Positions 17,393 through 25,025 of a stretch of DNA of 32,000 nucleotides are shown piece after piece; positions within the stretch are counted from its first letter, which is position 1, and each line of letters starts with the position of its first letter. A model generated the notes under the pieces. It saw nothing but the letters and a program-made list of their open reading frames with translations, was not told where the DNA came from and made no database searches. Source of the DNA: Candidatus Micrarchaeum sp. (GTDB taxonomy: Archaea > Micrarchaeota > Micrarchaeia > Micrarchaeales > Micrarchaeaceae); assembly GCF_016806735.1 (NCBI RefSeq), contig NZ_CP060530.1, forward strand, positions 150,001 through 182,000. Reading direction: 5' to 3'. Made by a program: the position numbers and the translations under genes.

Positions 17393-18484
17393 ATGCAAAG
17401 CGTAAGCGTGCTGCCGCTGCACGGAGGGAGGGCCCCAAAATGGCTGTTTCCTAGGATGGTCAAGCTGTCCAAGCTCATAAGCGAGGTCGTAATACGCGAG
17501 TACGGCGAATCGGAATTCGTATCTAGGCTTTCGAATCCGTACTGGTTCCAGGCTCTTTCCTGCGCCATAGGCTACGACTGGCACAGCAGCGGAACAACCA
17601 CAGTCACGATGGGAGCGCTCAAGGAGGCGCTAAACAACAACTCCGGGGTTTTCATAGCCGGAGGCAAGGGCAAGCAGGGAACATCAACGCCGGAGCAGAT
17701 AATGCAGGGCCTCAAATACTTTTCAATGGAGTCCAAGGCTGACGAATACGTACGCATGAGCAGGATGTCGGCAAAGATAGATTCCGCGCTCGTATACGAC
17801 GACATAGGGATATACCACCATACATTCGTGTTCTCGGATAAGGGCGACTGGTGCGTAGTCCAGCAGGCAATGCAGAACTCGACAGACAATGCAATACGGT
17901 TCCAGATAGATTCCAGAAAAATAGACCATTCCGACATGACCAAGGAAACCAACAGCGCCGTAGGCGCATCAAGCAGCTCCCAGACTCTTGACCTTACCTT
18001 TAATGACAACACCTGCATAAAAAATGACAGCGTTGCTGCAGTCAACGAGGACATAAATGCCATACTAAATTTTAACGCGAAAGTGTACAGGCTGCCGTCG
18101 CGCCACGAAATACTTGAAAATGTTGACCTGTCGAAGCGTGCGCGAGATACTCTGAAATACGCAAATGAGATGCAGCCCGAGGGCTACGAAGAGCTCCTTT
18201 CCATAAAAGGCCTCGGAAGAAAAACCCTAAAATCGCTCGCGCTCATATCCTCGCTGATATACGACAAAGAGGTATCTTACAGGGACCCTGTAATGTATTC
18301 CTATAACGTAGGCGGAAAGGACGGGATACCCTATCCAATAAACCTCAGGGAATACGACGACGTTATAGCAAAGATGTCAGAAATAGTAAGAGCCTCCGAA
18401 ATGAATGATAACGAATCGTCCAAGGCCCTTACCGGACTTTCGACTGACCTGGCAAGGCAGTACCGCCTTGCCGATGCAAAGTAA
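17393..18484 (+). CDS. DUF763-family protein with a C-terminal helix-hairpin-helix motif
   Basis: 363 aa. The N-terminal region LPLHGGRAPKWLFPRMVKL...SNPYWFQALSCAIGYDWHSSGTTT matches the conserved DUF763 block. LLSIKGLGRKTLKSLALIS is HhH-like. Confidence 0.7.
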   Translation: MQSVSVLPLHGGRAPKWLFPRMVKLSKLISEVVIREYGESEFVSRLSNPYWFQALSCAIGYDWHSSGTTTVTMGALKEALNNNSGVFIAGGKGKQGTSTPEQIMQGLKYFSMESKADEYVRMSRMSAKIDSALVYDDIGIYHHTFVFSDKGDWCVVQQAMQNSTDNAIRFQIDSRKIDHSDMTKETNSAVGASSSSQTLDLTFNDNTCIKNDSVAAVNEDINAILNFNAKVYRLPSRHEILENVDLSKRARDTLKYANEMQPEGYEELLSIKGLGRKTLKSLALISSLIYDKEVSYRDPVMYSYNVGGKDGIPYPINLREYDDVIAKMSEIVRASEMNDNESSKALTGLSTDLARQYRLADAK

Positions 18485-18489
18485 TGTGC

Positions 18490-18999
18490 TCAAGCTGCCT
18501 GCTCGTCGTCCTTTTTGCCCAGAAACTTTTTGCCGACTTCGGCGCGCGTATCCATGCTTTTGCTAAGCGAGTCTATCTCCTCCGGCTTCATCACGTGCTC
18601 CAGTATGTATTTCGAGTACGTTACAGATATCTGCGAGAGCTCAAGTATCAGGCTCTGTAGCTCCGCGGTTGTAAATCTCATCTCTTTCTCAGGCCTCAAT
18701 ACTTCTACGCCTGCAGGCGCATAATTGAAGGCCACGCCTATTAGCGGGAAGAAGCTTTCGAACAGAACGGTTACCATTGCGCTGGTGGTGTACAGGTCGT
18801 CCCTCTTTAACGGTTCCTCTATGCTGCCGTAGCAGTAGACAACGCCCTTCTCCTTCATCAGCCTTTCGTTTATCAGGTCTGCCATCAGCGGCTGAAGTTT
18901 CTCCTTCTCCTTGTGCTGCATGTCAAAATAAAGTTTTACGAGAACGCCGCCTTTAGCTATCTTCTCGTCGGTAAGCTTTTCAACCTCTGATTTTCCCAT
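18490..18999 (-). CDS. Hypothetical protein (169 aa), family not recognised
   Basis: A clean ORF in the expected coding frame with an acidic/basic mixed composition. It converges on the DUF763 gene with a 5-nt gap. Confidence 0.5.
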   Translation of the reverse strand: MGKSEVEKLTDEKIAKGGVLVKLYFDMQHKEKEKLQPLMADLINERLMKEKGVVYCYGSIEEPLKRDDLYTTSAMVTVLFESFFPLIGVAFNYAPAGVEVLRPEKEMRFTTAELQSLILELSQISVTYSKYILEHVMKPEEIDSLSKSMDTRAEVGKKFLGKKDDEQAA

Positions 19000-19044
19000 G
19001 TCAATTACCTTCGAATAACCTATTTTATCCTAAAAATTTATAAA

Positions 19045-20316
19045 TCACTTGGAAATGCTCGCTATGGCTTCATCAACCGAAATCTCGGATTCATCGCCCG
19101 TGTCCATATTCCTGAGCTTTACCTTGCCTGCATCTTGCTCCTTTGGCCCTACGACTATGGAATAGGGTATGCCAAGGGACGAAGCGTATGAGAGCTGGTT
19201 GGATATGTTCCTGCTGGCCTGGTTGAGGTCAACTTCCACGCCTGCGCTTCTAAGCTTCATAGCGACATCAAGCGCGTAATTGTAATTCTGCTCCTTTATG
19301 TAAGCCACAAATACCTTGGCATATGTGCGTTTCTTGCTATCCCCGAACTTCATAACGTCAAGCACCCTGTCTATTCCTATGCTGAATCCAACTCCTGGCA
19401 ATTTGCTTTCGCTGAATCTTGACACAAGGTTGTCGTATCTACCTCCAGAGCATATGGAAGTGCTGCCAGCAACGCCTGTGTTGTCGATTGTTTCCATAAC
19501 TATGCCTGTGTAGTAATCTATCCCCCTTACTATCGAAGGATCGACTATGCACTTGCCCTTTATTGCATATTTCTGCAAAAGCTCAAGCGTGCCTGATATC
19601 TCCGCGCACGCATCTTCGCTTCCTGCCATGCCGTTTATGGCTTTGATCCTTTCTTCATTGGTCCCGGAAACGCCTACAAACGCGCTTATCTGGTCTATCG
19701 AATCCTCCTTCAAGCCCATAGCAGCAAGCTCCTTTGATACTCCTTCCCTGCCTATCTTATCGGCTTTGTCCATAATCCTCATTATCTTCTGCGTCTGTTC
19801 CTTCAGGCCTATCCTTTCCATGAAAACGTCAACCGTCTGCCTGCTGTTGAGCCTTATGGTGTAATCAAGCCCGAGCTCGTCCATTGCCTTGCACACCGCA
19901 GCTATTGCTTCGGCATTGGCCTTTATGGCATCGCCTCCCAATATGTCTACGTCGGCCTGTGCGAACTCCCTCAGCCTCATCCTCTGCGGCTCGTCCATGC
20001 GCCAGACTGTGCCTATTGCATATCTCTTGAAAGGCAGCGGCATGCTGTTGTGCATGCTTATGTACCTGGCAAGACCTACCGTATGATCATATCGGAGCCC
20101 GTTGTTCTGGTCCTTGAGCTCGAATATCAGCTTGTTCTCCTCTCCTATGACCTCTTTGGCCTTAAGCACATCAAGGCTTTCCATGTATGGGGTATATATC
20201 GGAAGGAAGCCAAAGCTCCTGTATACCTGCTCAATTTTTTCCATAACTTCGTTTCTGGCTATGGCCTCGTTCGGCATAAGGTCCCTTACTCCCCTAGGGA
20301 ATGGTATTTCTCCCAT
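19045..20316 (-). CDS. hisS: Histidine--tRNA ligase
   Basis: Class II aaRS motifs: PRGVRDLMP, YDHTVGLARY, FKRYAIGTVWRMDEPQRMRLREFAQADVDILG, GGRYDNLV, GFSIGIDRV. The ORF track starts at GTG 20352. ATG 20316 (MGEIPFPRGVRD) is the more likely start. Confidence 0.9.
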   Translation of the reverse strand: MGEIPFPRGVRDLMPNEAIARNEVMEKIEQVYRSFGFLPIYTPYMESLDVLKAKEVIGEENKLIFELKDQNNGLRYDHTVGLARYISMHNSMPLPFKRYAIGTVWRMDEPQRMRLREFAQADVDILGGDAIKANAEAIAAVCKAMDELGLDYTIRLNSRQTVDVFMERIGLKEQTQKIMRIMDKADKIGREGVSKELAAMGLKEDSIDQISAFVGVSGTNEERIKAINGMAGSEDACAEISGTLELLQKYAIKGKCIVDPSIVRGIDYYTGIVMETIDNTGVAGSTSICSGGRYDNLVSRFSESKLPGVGFSIGIDRVLDVMKFGDSKKRTYAKVFVAYIKEQNYNYALDVAMKLRSAGVEVDLNQASRNISNQLSYASSLGIPYSIVVGPKEQDAGKVKLRNMDTGDESEISVDEAIASISK

Positions 20317-20391
20317 AAAACACACTAGCAAGCCAGCTACGCTGCTGGACACTGATATTCAGAAGAAAAAGAATAAAAAGAAGCCCTGCAA

Positions 20392-20730
20392 TCACAGGTT
20401 CTTCTCTATCCACTTCTTTAGCACTTCTTTTGGAACAGCTCCCACGCTTTGAGCCTTTACCTTGCCCTTTTCAATGAGCAACGTAGTAGGTATGCTCATT
20501 ATGCCGTACTTTGCCGCTATGTTCTCGTTTTCGTCAGCGTCTACCTTGACGAATTTTATCTTTCCGTCGTAGTCGTTTGACACTTCGTCCACTATCGGGG
20601 AGTACATCCTGCAAGGGCCGCACCATGTTGCCCATACGTCAACAAGGACGGGCACATTGGATTTAAGCACTTCCTCTTCAAATTCCTTTTCGTTTACATC
20701 CTTAACACTCACTCTATCACCTTTTTTCAT
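20392..20730 (-). CDS. trxA: Thioredoxin
   Basis: 112 aa with the active site WATWCGPC. The length and the ...IPTLLL-like motif (SIPTTLLI) are typical. Confidence 0.9.
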   Translation of the reverse strand: MKKGDRVSVKDVNEKEFEEEVLKSNVPVLVDVWATWCGPCRMYSPIVDEVSNDYDGKIKFVKVDADENENIAAKYGIMSIPTTLLIEKGKVKAQSVGAVPKEVLKKWIEKNL

Positions 20731-20846
20731 ATATATTCTTTTTTATATGTTATTTAAGCTTATCGCAGCATATCCATTATAAAAATAAATAAAAATGGAG
20801 GCTCTGCCGCATATGCGGCACTTCCACTATCCTTCACTGCGTCATA

Positions 20847-20854
20847 TTTTTATA
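20847..20854 (+). promoter_or_regulatory. TATA box (TTTTATAT) about 25 nt upstream of the candidate C/D sRNA and histone leader
   Basis: An AT-rich octamer at the expected -26 distance from position ~20877. The same 12-nt string, TTTTATATGTTA, also occurs at 20741-20752. Confidence 0.45.
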
Positions 20855-20877
20855 TGTTAAATTGCAATAAGTCTGCT

Positions 20878-20930
20878 GTGATGAACAAAGCGCACTGAGC
20901 AATTGCTGTGATGTGGATCTTGAGTGCTGA
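20878..20930 (+). ncRNA. Candidate C/D-box sRNA (2'-O-methylation guide)
   Basis: C box GTGATGA (20878-20884); 10-nt spacer; D' CTGA (20895-20898); 9-nt spacer; C' GTGATGT (20908-20914); 12-nt guide GGATCTTGAGTG; D box CTGA (20927-20930). Total 53 nt, ending 12 nt before the histone ATG. Confidence 0.5.
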
Positions 20931-20942
20931 TTGTGTGGTTGA

Positions 20943-21152
20943 ATGGGCATACCTATTGCTGCTGTGAAAAAACTTGTCATGGGCAAATACGGGATAAAAA
21001 TAGACGATGAAGCTGCCGCGGCAATGGCCAAGATGCTTGACGACAAGGCTTCGGAGATAGCAAAATACGCTGTGGAGCACGCCAAATCGAGCAATAACGG
21101 CAGGGTTACTGCCGAGGACGTGGAGGCGTACGCGCTTGACCCCGGTAATTAG
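20943..21152 (+). CDS. Archaeal histone (HMf/HMt family histone fold)
   Basis: 69 aa. It aligns with HMfB: (L/I)PIAxxxxxxK at the N-terminus and GRVTAEDVEAYA matching GRKTIKAEDIELA. Confidence 0.85.
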   Translation: MGIPIAAVKKLVMGKYGIKIDDEAAAAMAKMLDDKASEIAKYAVEHAKSSNNGRVTAEDVEAYALDPGN

Positions 21153-21698
21153 ATGGCATCAGGCAACATATCGGAAAGCCCGGAACACTCCATAAAGCTC
21201 GAATACGAGCTGGATGGCGTGCAGCTTCAGGCGCTGTGGGAGCCCAAGGGCGACGGCTATACCATACAGACAATATTTGACAAGGATGGCGGAATACTCG
21301 ACCAGAAGCTCATAAATATAAAGGGCCACGACCAGAAGGAGCTCGTTGAGGCCTTCATGGACTCGAATGGAATAGAGCCAAAAGAGAGCGTTTACGAGCC
21401 AATAACGCTTCACAAGGGATGCCCGTCATGCCACCGCAATACCCTCGTAAGGCACGCTTCGACAGAGAAAAAGCCTTCCAAAATACCTATAATGCCGTTG
21501 TATGATTGCAGCTCATGCGGCACAAAAGCATACTATCTGACTGACGGGTATCTGCGAAAGCTGGTTGTTTCAAACAGGGAGCTCTTCGACGGCATGGACA
21601 TGAAGGAATTCGAAACTGACGAGCAAAAGTTTATAAATGAGCTTAAAGCCTATATAATAAGAGTATTCGCTTCCAAGCATATACTAAACGTAAAATAG
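21153..21698 (+). CDS. Hypothetical zinc-ribbon protein (CPSC...x33...CSSC)
   Basis: 181 aa. Its ATG immediately follows the histone TAG stop. The two CxxC pairs are CPSCHRN and CSSCGTK. No family is recognised. Confidence 0.55.
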   Translation: MASGNISESPEHSIKLEYELDGVQLQALWEPKGDGYTIQTIFDKDGGILDQKLINIKGHDQKELVEAFMDSNGIEPKESVYEPITLHKGCPSCHRNTLVRHASTEKKPSKIPIMPLYDCSSCGTKAYYLTDGYLRKLVVSNRELFDGMDMKEFETDEQKFINELKAYIIRVFASKHILNVK

Positions 21699-21707
21699 GT
21701 TTTTGAA

Positions 21708-21956
21708 ATGGTATTACTCTCCGACATGTATGGAAAGCAGATAATAAGCAACGAAGGCAAGAGGATCGGAACCGTCGAGGATCTGATAATAGATTTCGAG
21801 GAGGGCAAGATAGCAAGCATGCTTACGGTGAAGATAGACAGCCTGATAAGAAGCGACCACACCGCACAGCTGCTGAAGAAAAACAGCGTAAGCTATGACA
21901 GAGTAAAGAACGTATCAGAAACAGTCATAGTGGGGGCTTCCGAAGCAAAGCGCTGA
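21708..21956 (+). CDS. PRC-barrel domain protein
   Basis: 82 aa. LSDMYGKQIISNEGKRIGTVEDLIIDFEEGKIASMLV resembles the PRC-barrel consensus (G..V....G..iG.v.D...D...g.i). It starts 9 nt after the preceding gene. Confidence 0.65.
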   Translation: MVLLSDMYGKQIISNEGKRIGTVEDLIIDFEEGKIASMLTVKIDSLIRSDHTAQLLKKNSVSYDRVKNVSETVIVGASEAKR

Positions 21957-21990
21957 CCCTTGGCCGAAAATAAAAATAAAAAGCTGGCCT

Positions 21991-22122
21991 TCAATCGGTT
22001 GAGACTTCTCTCGGTATGCTAGGCCTTTTCTTTATAAGCCTTCTTCCTCCGCAGTAGGGGCATCTTACGAATCCCTCTATCTGCTCTATTTCCCTGTTGC
22101 AGCTCATGCATACATAGCTCAT
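21991..22122 (-). CDS. rpoP: DNA-directed RNA polymerase subunit P (Rpo12/RPABC4)
   Basis: My own translation; 43 aa, below the ORF-track cutoff: MSYVCMSCNREIEQIEGFVRCPYCGGRRLIKKRPSIPREVSTD. The zinc ribbon CxxC...CPYCG and its position downstream of L37Ae are as in the conserved archaeal superoperon. Confidence 0.8.
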   Translation of the reverse strand: MSYVCMSCNREIEQIEGFVRCPYCGGRRLIKKRPSIPREVSTD

Positions 22123-22170
22123 TTTTTGACACCTTTGAACGTAAACATTGCAATACTGTTGGCTTTATTA

Positions 22171-22551
22171 TTATTTATTGCTTTCCTTGGCCGGCTTGCT
22201 GTTGGCCTTGAGCCATTTGACGAAATCGCTGTGGAGCGCCGACTTGCTTGTGTCTATGACTCTTATCTTCATGCTTCCATTATAGTGCTCGTCGTTTAGC
22301 ACCACCACTTCGTCATAGTCCTTCATCTCTGTGTAGTGCACCTCCATCCAGTGTATCTTGCCGTTAAGGTAATCGTCAAGGACGCGCTTGTTCATGGGGA
22401 CCGAAGAAAAGCTGAACAAGAGCCCGTTGCACCAGTACAATGGCATCGTTCCTGATGGGGTTATTCTTTCCCTCATCAAATCGTCCATGCTGACCTTCAC
22501 TACTTCGTGGACCACGAGCTCGTTTATCGGCGAAAAGCTTATCCTTACCAT
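22171..22551 (-). CDS. Hypothetical protein (126 aa) located between L37Ae and RpoP
   Basis: A clean ORF that begins 5 nt downstream of the L37Ae stop. I recognise no family and it is not Brix/Imp4-like by eye. Confidence 0.5.
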   Translation of the reverse strand: MVRISFSPINELVVHEVVKVSMDDLMRERITPSGTMPLYWCNGLLFSFSSVPMNKRVLDDYLNGKIHWMEVHYTEMKDYDEVVVLNDEHYNGSMKIRVIDTSKSALHSDFVKWLKANSKPAKESNK

Positions 22552-22556
22552 TGCGA

Positions 22557-22805
22557 TTATCCCTTGTTGTTCTTCCTTATGGAATCAACCTGCCTTCTGG
22601 CGACCTCGCCTGCGGCAGTTGTCATTGTGTATGCTCCTCCGGCATACGTCGCTCCGCAGTGCCTGCATCTCCATATGCTGGTGCTTATCCTCTTCACGGC
22701 TACGTGGCCGCATTCTTCGCATTTGTATAGTGCTACCTTATCGGCCTTTACCGCTTTCTGCCTCTTCCTTATCCTGGCTCCATACCTTATATTAGGGCTT
22801 GCCAT
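22557..22805 (-). CDS. rpl37ae: 50S ribosomal protein L37Ae (eL43)
   Basis: RYGARIRKR... plus the zinc ribbon CEECGH...x13...CRHCGATYAGGAY. ATG 22805 (MASPNIRYG) is preferred over the track start at 22868, which would overlap rrp42. Confidence 0.9.
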   Translation of the reverse strand: MASPNIRYGARIRKRQKAVKADKVALYKCEECGHVAVKRISTSIWRCRHCGATYAGGAYTMTTAAGEVARRQVDSIRKNNKG

Positions 22806-22809
22806 AAAA

Positions 22810-23553
22810 TCATCTTTTTGCCTTTTCGATGTGCTTTGCGAGCTCCTTGTGCTTCTCGATCGCAGCATCTACGAGTTCTTCAATCTCCTTGAGCGTAAAA
22901 CTTCCTTTCAGCCCTTTCTGCATTGCCCTTACGGTTTTTCCGTCAGTTGCGATAGTGAGCCTTGCATCCATTGCCGATTCTTCAACTCCGCTCGGATCCA
23001 GCACTATTGCATTGCCTATCTTTGCGAAAGTGCACGATGCCACTATGTTGTTCACGTTTATCGGCGTGTTCCTCTCCTTGTAATCCGCTATCCCGTCCTT
23101 GTAGGCTGGCAGCCTGGAATTCGCTATTGCAGCCATGGCCGCAAGCGTACTGGCATCGAAAAGGTTGCCGTCGTAGTTGAGGACGTACACGTCAACGTAA
23201 ACCGTCCATGCCTTGCCTTCTTCCAAAAACAGGTCCTCGAGCTTTATGCAGTTTCCTGCTCTTATGCCCCTGTCGACAACCCTTGCGAGCTCTATGGCTT
23301 CAGGGCTTGGCGGCCCTGCTTCGTACTCCGCTGCAGCCAGCGGCAGCAATTCTGCCGAAACCACTATGTTGCCCTGGTCCGGAGTATCGGAATGCACTTC
23401 GTCTACCACTATTTTGGCTCCGGCAAGCACTCTTGTGTTTCCTACGTCGACCTGTGCAGAACCCTCTGCATGGTCTATGACTCCCGTTTTTATCTCTATA
23501 TTTCTGTAATCCATCGCGCCGCGCTTGTCCTCGCGCTCGCCTTTGGCTACCAT
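22810..23553 (-). CDS. rrp42: Exosome complex component Rrp42 (RNase PH-like, non-catalytic)
   Basis: 247 aa RNase PH fold. Motifs: ...IDHAEGSAQVDVGNTRVLAG... and YDGNLFDASTLAAMAAIANSRLP. It follows rrp41 in the conserved order. Confidence 0.9.
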   Translation of the reverse strand: MVAKGEREDKRGAMDYRNIEIKTGVIDHAEGSAQVDVGNTRVLAGAKIVVDEVHSDTPDQGNIVVSAELLPLAAAEYEAGPPSPEAIELARVVDRGIRAGNCIKLEDLFLEEGKAWTVYVDVYVLNYDGNLFDASTLAAMAAIANSRLPAYKDGIADYKERNTPINVNNIVASCTFAKIGNAIVLDPSGVEESAMDARLTIATDGKTVRAMQKGLKGSFTLKEIEELVDAAIEKHKELAKHIEKAKR

Positions 23554-23599
23554 TTCTCTTATGTAATCGCTTTTTATAATCTCTATTGCACCCGTAAAA

Positions 23600-24325
23600 T
23601 CACCTGTTTTCGTATATGGCCTTCAGGGCATCCCTCTGAGCCTTCGATATGATCTTGCCAGCTTCTACTACCATATTCATGGCCTGCTTCAGCTGGTCCT
23701 TGTCCAAGCCTCCGTCCATCTGCAGCAGCAGCACATCGTTGCTTTTCGGAGATATTGCCATTGGCATGTCTGCATCGGAATAATTGTCTTCTATCATATC
23801 AACATCCAGAACCACGTGTTCGCCTATCCTGCCAGCGCTGACCGCATAGACTAGGTCCCTCATTTTTATGCCTGCGTTGGCCAGCGCAACAGCTGCTGCG
23901 GTTATTCCCGCTGCTCTGGTTCCTCCGTCGCTTTGCAGTATCTCTATGAATATGTCTATCTCGCTTCCTGGGAATTCGTTAAGAAATATGACGTTTTCGA
24001 ACACTTCCTTTGTGACCTTTGATATTTCGGTAGCCCTCCTGTTGGGCCCTGTCCTTCCGTGCTCTCCCAAGCCGGAAAAAGGCGCCATAGAGTACCTGCA
24101 TTTGACTACCGCTTTTGTAGAGTCTGCGGTGTGCCTAGGCATGGCCTCCTTTGGCCCGTATACTGCGGCAAGCACCCTGTTGTTGCCCCACTCGAGGTAG
24201 GCCGAGCCCTGTGCGTTTTTAAGCACATTGGCCTCTATCTTCAGGGGCCTTAGCTCGTCAAAATCTCTTCCGTCGAGCCTTTTGCCATTTACTATAAGCT
24301 CTGGTTTGTTTAACGAAGAAGCCAT
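23600..24325 (-). CDS. rrp41: Exosome complex exonuclease Rrp41 (RNase PH-like, catalytic)
   Basis: 241 aa. Motifs: DGRDFDELRPLKIEANVLKNAQGSAYLEWGNNRVLAAVYGP and DGGTRAAGITAAAVALANAG. Confidence 0.92.
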   Translation of the reverse strand: MASSLNKPELIVNGKRLDGRDFDELRPLKIEANVLKNAQGSAYLEWGNNRVLAAVYGPKEAMPRHTADSTKAVVKCRYSMAPFSGLGEHGRTGPNRRATEISKVTKEVFENVIFLNEFPGSEIDIFIEILQSDGGTRAAGITAAAVALANAGIKMRDLVYAVSAGRIGEHVVLDVDMIEDNYSDADMPMAISPKSNDVLLLQMDGGLDKDQLKQAMNMVVEAGKIISKAQRDALKAIYENR

Positions 24326-24395
24326 GAAATCACTTCAAAATCAAAAATTGCGAAAATCTGCATATTTCTTTTAACGTAATAATATAATAAGCTTT

Positions 24396-25019
24396 TTAGC
24401 GGTTTTCCACTGGTGCTTCTGCTTCAAGCATCGACTTAATCCTTTCGGTCAGCCCGCTAGTGTGGGCTTCGCTTTCAACGGTCTTGATTGCTTTTATTGC
24501 CAGCTCAGTGTTGCCTCCGTTTATCCATATTATGCCGTTCCTGCCTATTATTATCCTGCTTCCCGTGAGCCTGGCTATCTGGTTTGCCATAGTCTCGCTC
24601 TTGCCTATTATGCGCGGTATCCTCACGGGCTTTACGTACAGTGTCTGCCCGAGCGCCAGCTTCCTTGGCCTCTCAAGTATTGCCAGCCTCTTCCTCTCCA
24701 CGCTGGCGACAGTTGCCTCTATTATGTCGTTGGCTTCAAAAATCGGCCCCGAGTCAAACTTGCTAGTTATTATCAATCCCTGGACGAATTCCGTAAGCAC
24801 CACGTTGTAGAGCCCGGGCTTGGTGGGCTTTTCAACTACCCCTATGACATTGTCGCCTATCCTTGGCTTCCACATGCCTTCAAGAGGTATCACGTCCTTC
24901 TTGTCGCTGTCGTAAAAGCCCAGTATGTTGGAATAAGCCTTTCCGTTCTGCAGCATTACGTATTCGTTGCGCCTCGCGTCTTTAGGCAGCTCTTCACCAG
25001 GTGTAACAAACTGTCTCAT
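24396..25019 (-). CDS. rrp4: Exosome RNA-binding cap subunit Rrp4 (S1 + KH domains)
   Basis: 207 aa. It has an S1-like core (PRIGDNVIGVV...) and a KH-like region (IPRIIGKSETMANQIARLTGSRIIIGRNGIIWI). It sits between SBDS and rrp41. Confidence 0.85.
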   Translation of the reverse strand: MRQFVTPGEELPKDARRNEYVMLQNGKAYSNILGFYDSDKKDVIPLEGMWKPRIGDNVIGVVEKPTKPGLYNVVLTEFVQGLIITSKFDSGPIFEANDIIEATVASVERKRLAILERPRKLALGQTLYVKPVRIPRIIGKSETMANQIARLTGSRIIIGRNGIIWINGGNTELAIKAIKTVESEAHTSGLTERIKSMLEAEAPVENR

Positions 25020-25025
25020 TCAAAA

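Noticed and set aside
20317-20352. N-terminal extensions proposed by the ORF track: hisS from GTG 20352 and L37Ae from 22868.
   Set aside because: In each case an internal ATG (20316 and 22805) sits just before the conserved N-terminal motif of the family. For L37Ae the internal ATG also removes an overlap with rrp42. The extensions encode non-conserved, low-complexity residues.
20806-20819. A perfect 14-bp palindrome, GCCGCATATGCGGC, in the trx/histone divergent spacer. A related 12-bp palindrome, TAGCATATGCTA, lies at 30437-30448 in the aIF2-beta/SRP RNA spacer. Together they might be a shared operator.
   Set aside because: The shared GCATATGC core also occurs inside nuoL coding sequence (near 336 and 1766), so it is not specific to promoter regions. 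Without more copies or conservation data, an operator call is not supportable.
20795-20854. A 19-codon ORF (MEALPHMRHFHYPSLRHIFIC) in the trx/histone spacer, downstream of the first TTTTATATGTTA copy.
   Set aside because: It is very short and contains the 14-bp palindrome. It reads into the TATA box of the downstream unit and has no terminator or other supporting signal.
22507-23652. A 381-aa plus-strand ORF, along with other long antisense ORFs: 24462-25154 (+), 14657-15364 (-), 31049-31711 (+) and 30924-31556 (-).
   Set aside because: Each lies entirely opposite to, or out of frame with, a gene that has unmistakable family motifs (rrp42/rrp41/L37Ae, rrp4, secY, isochorismatase). Their translations are low-complexity and rich in Cys, Arg or Tyr, with no recognisable motifs. 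These are shadow ORFs.
24403-24413. An ORB-like origin-recognition-box core (minus strand CCAGTGGAAAA) next to the AT-rich 70-nt rrp4/rrp41 spacer. Similar near-matches occur at about 3111-3120 and 5227-5237.
   Set aside because: There is a single copy at each site, all inside coding sequence (here it encodes ...PVEN of Rrp4). There is no array of repeats flanking the AT-rich spacer. Matches of this length are expected by chance in 32 kb.
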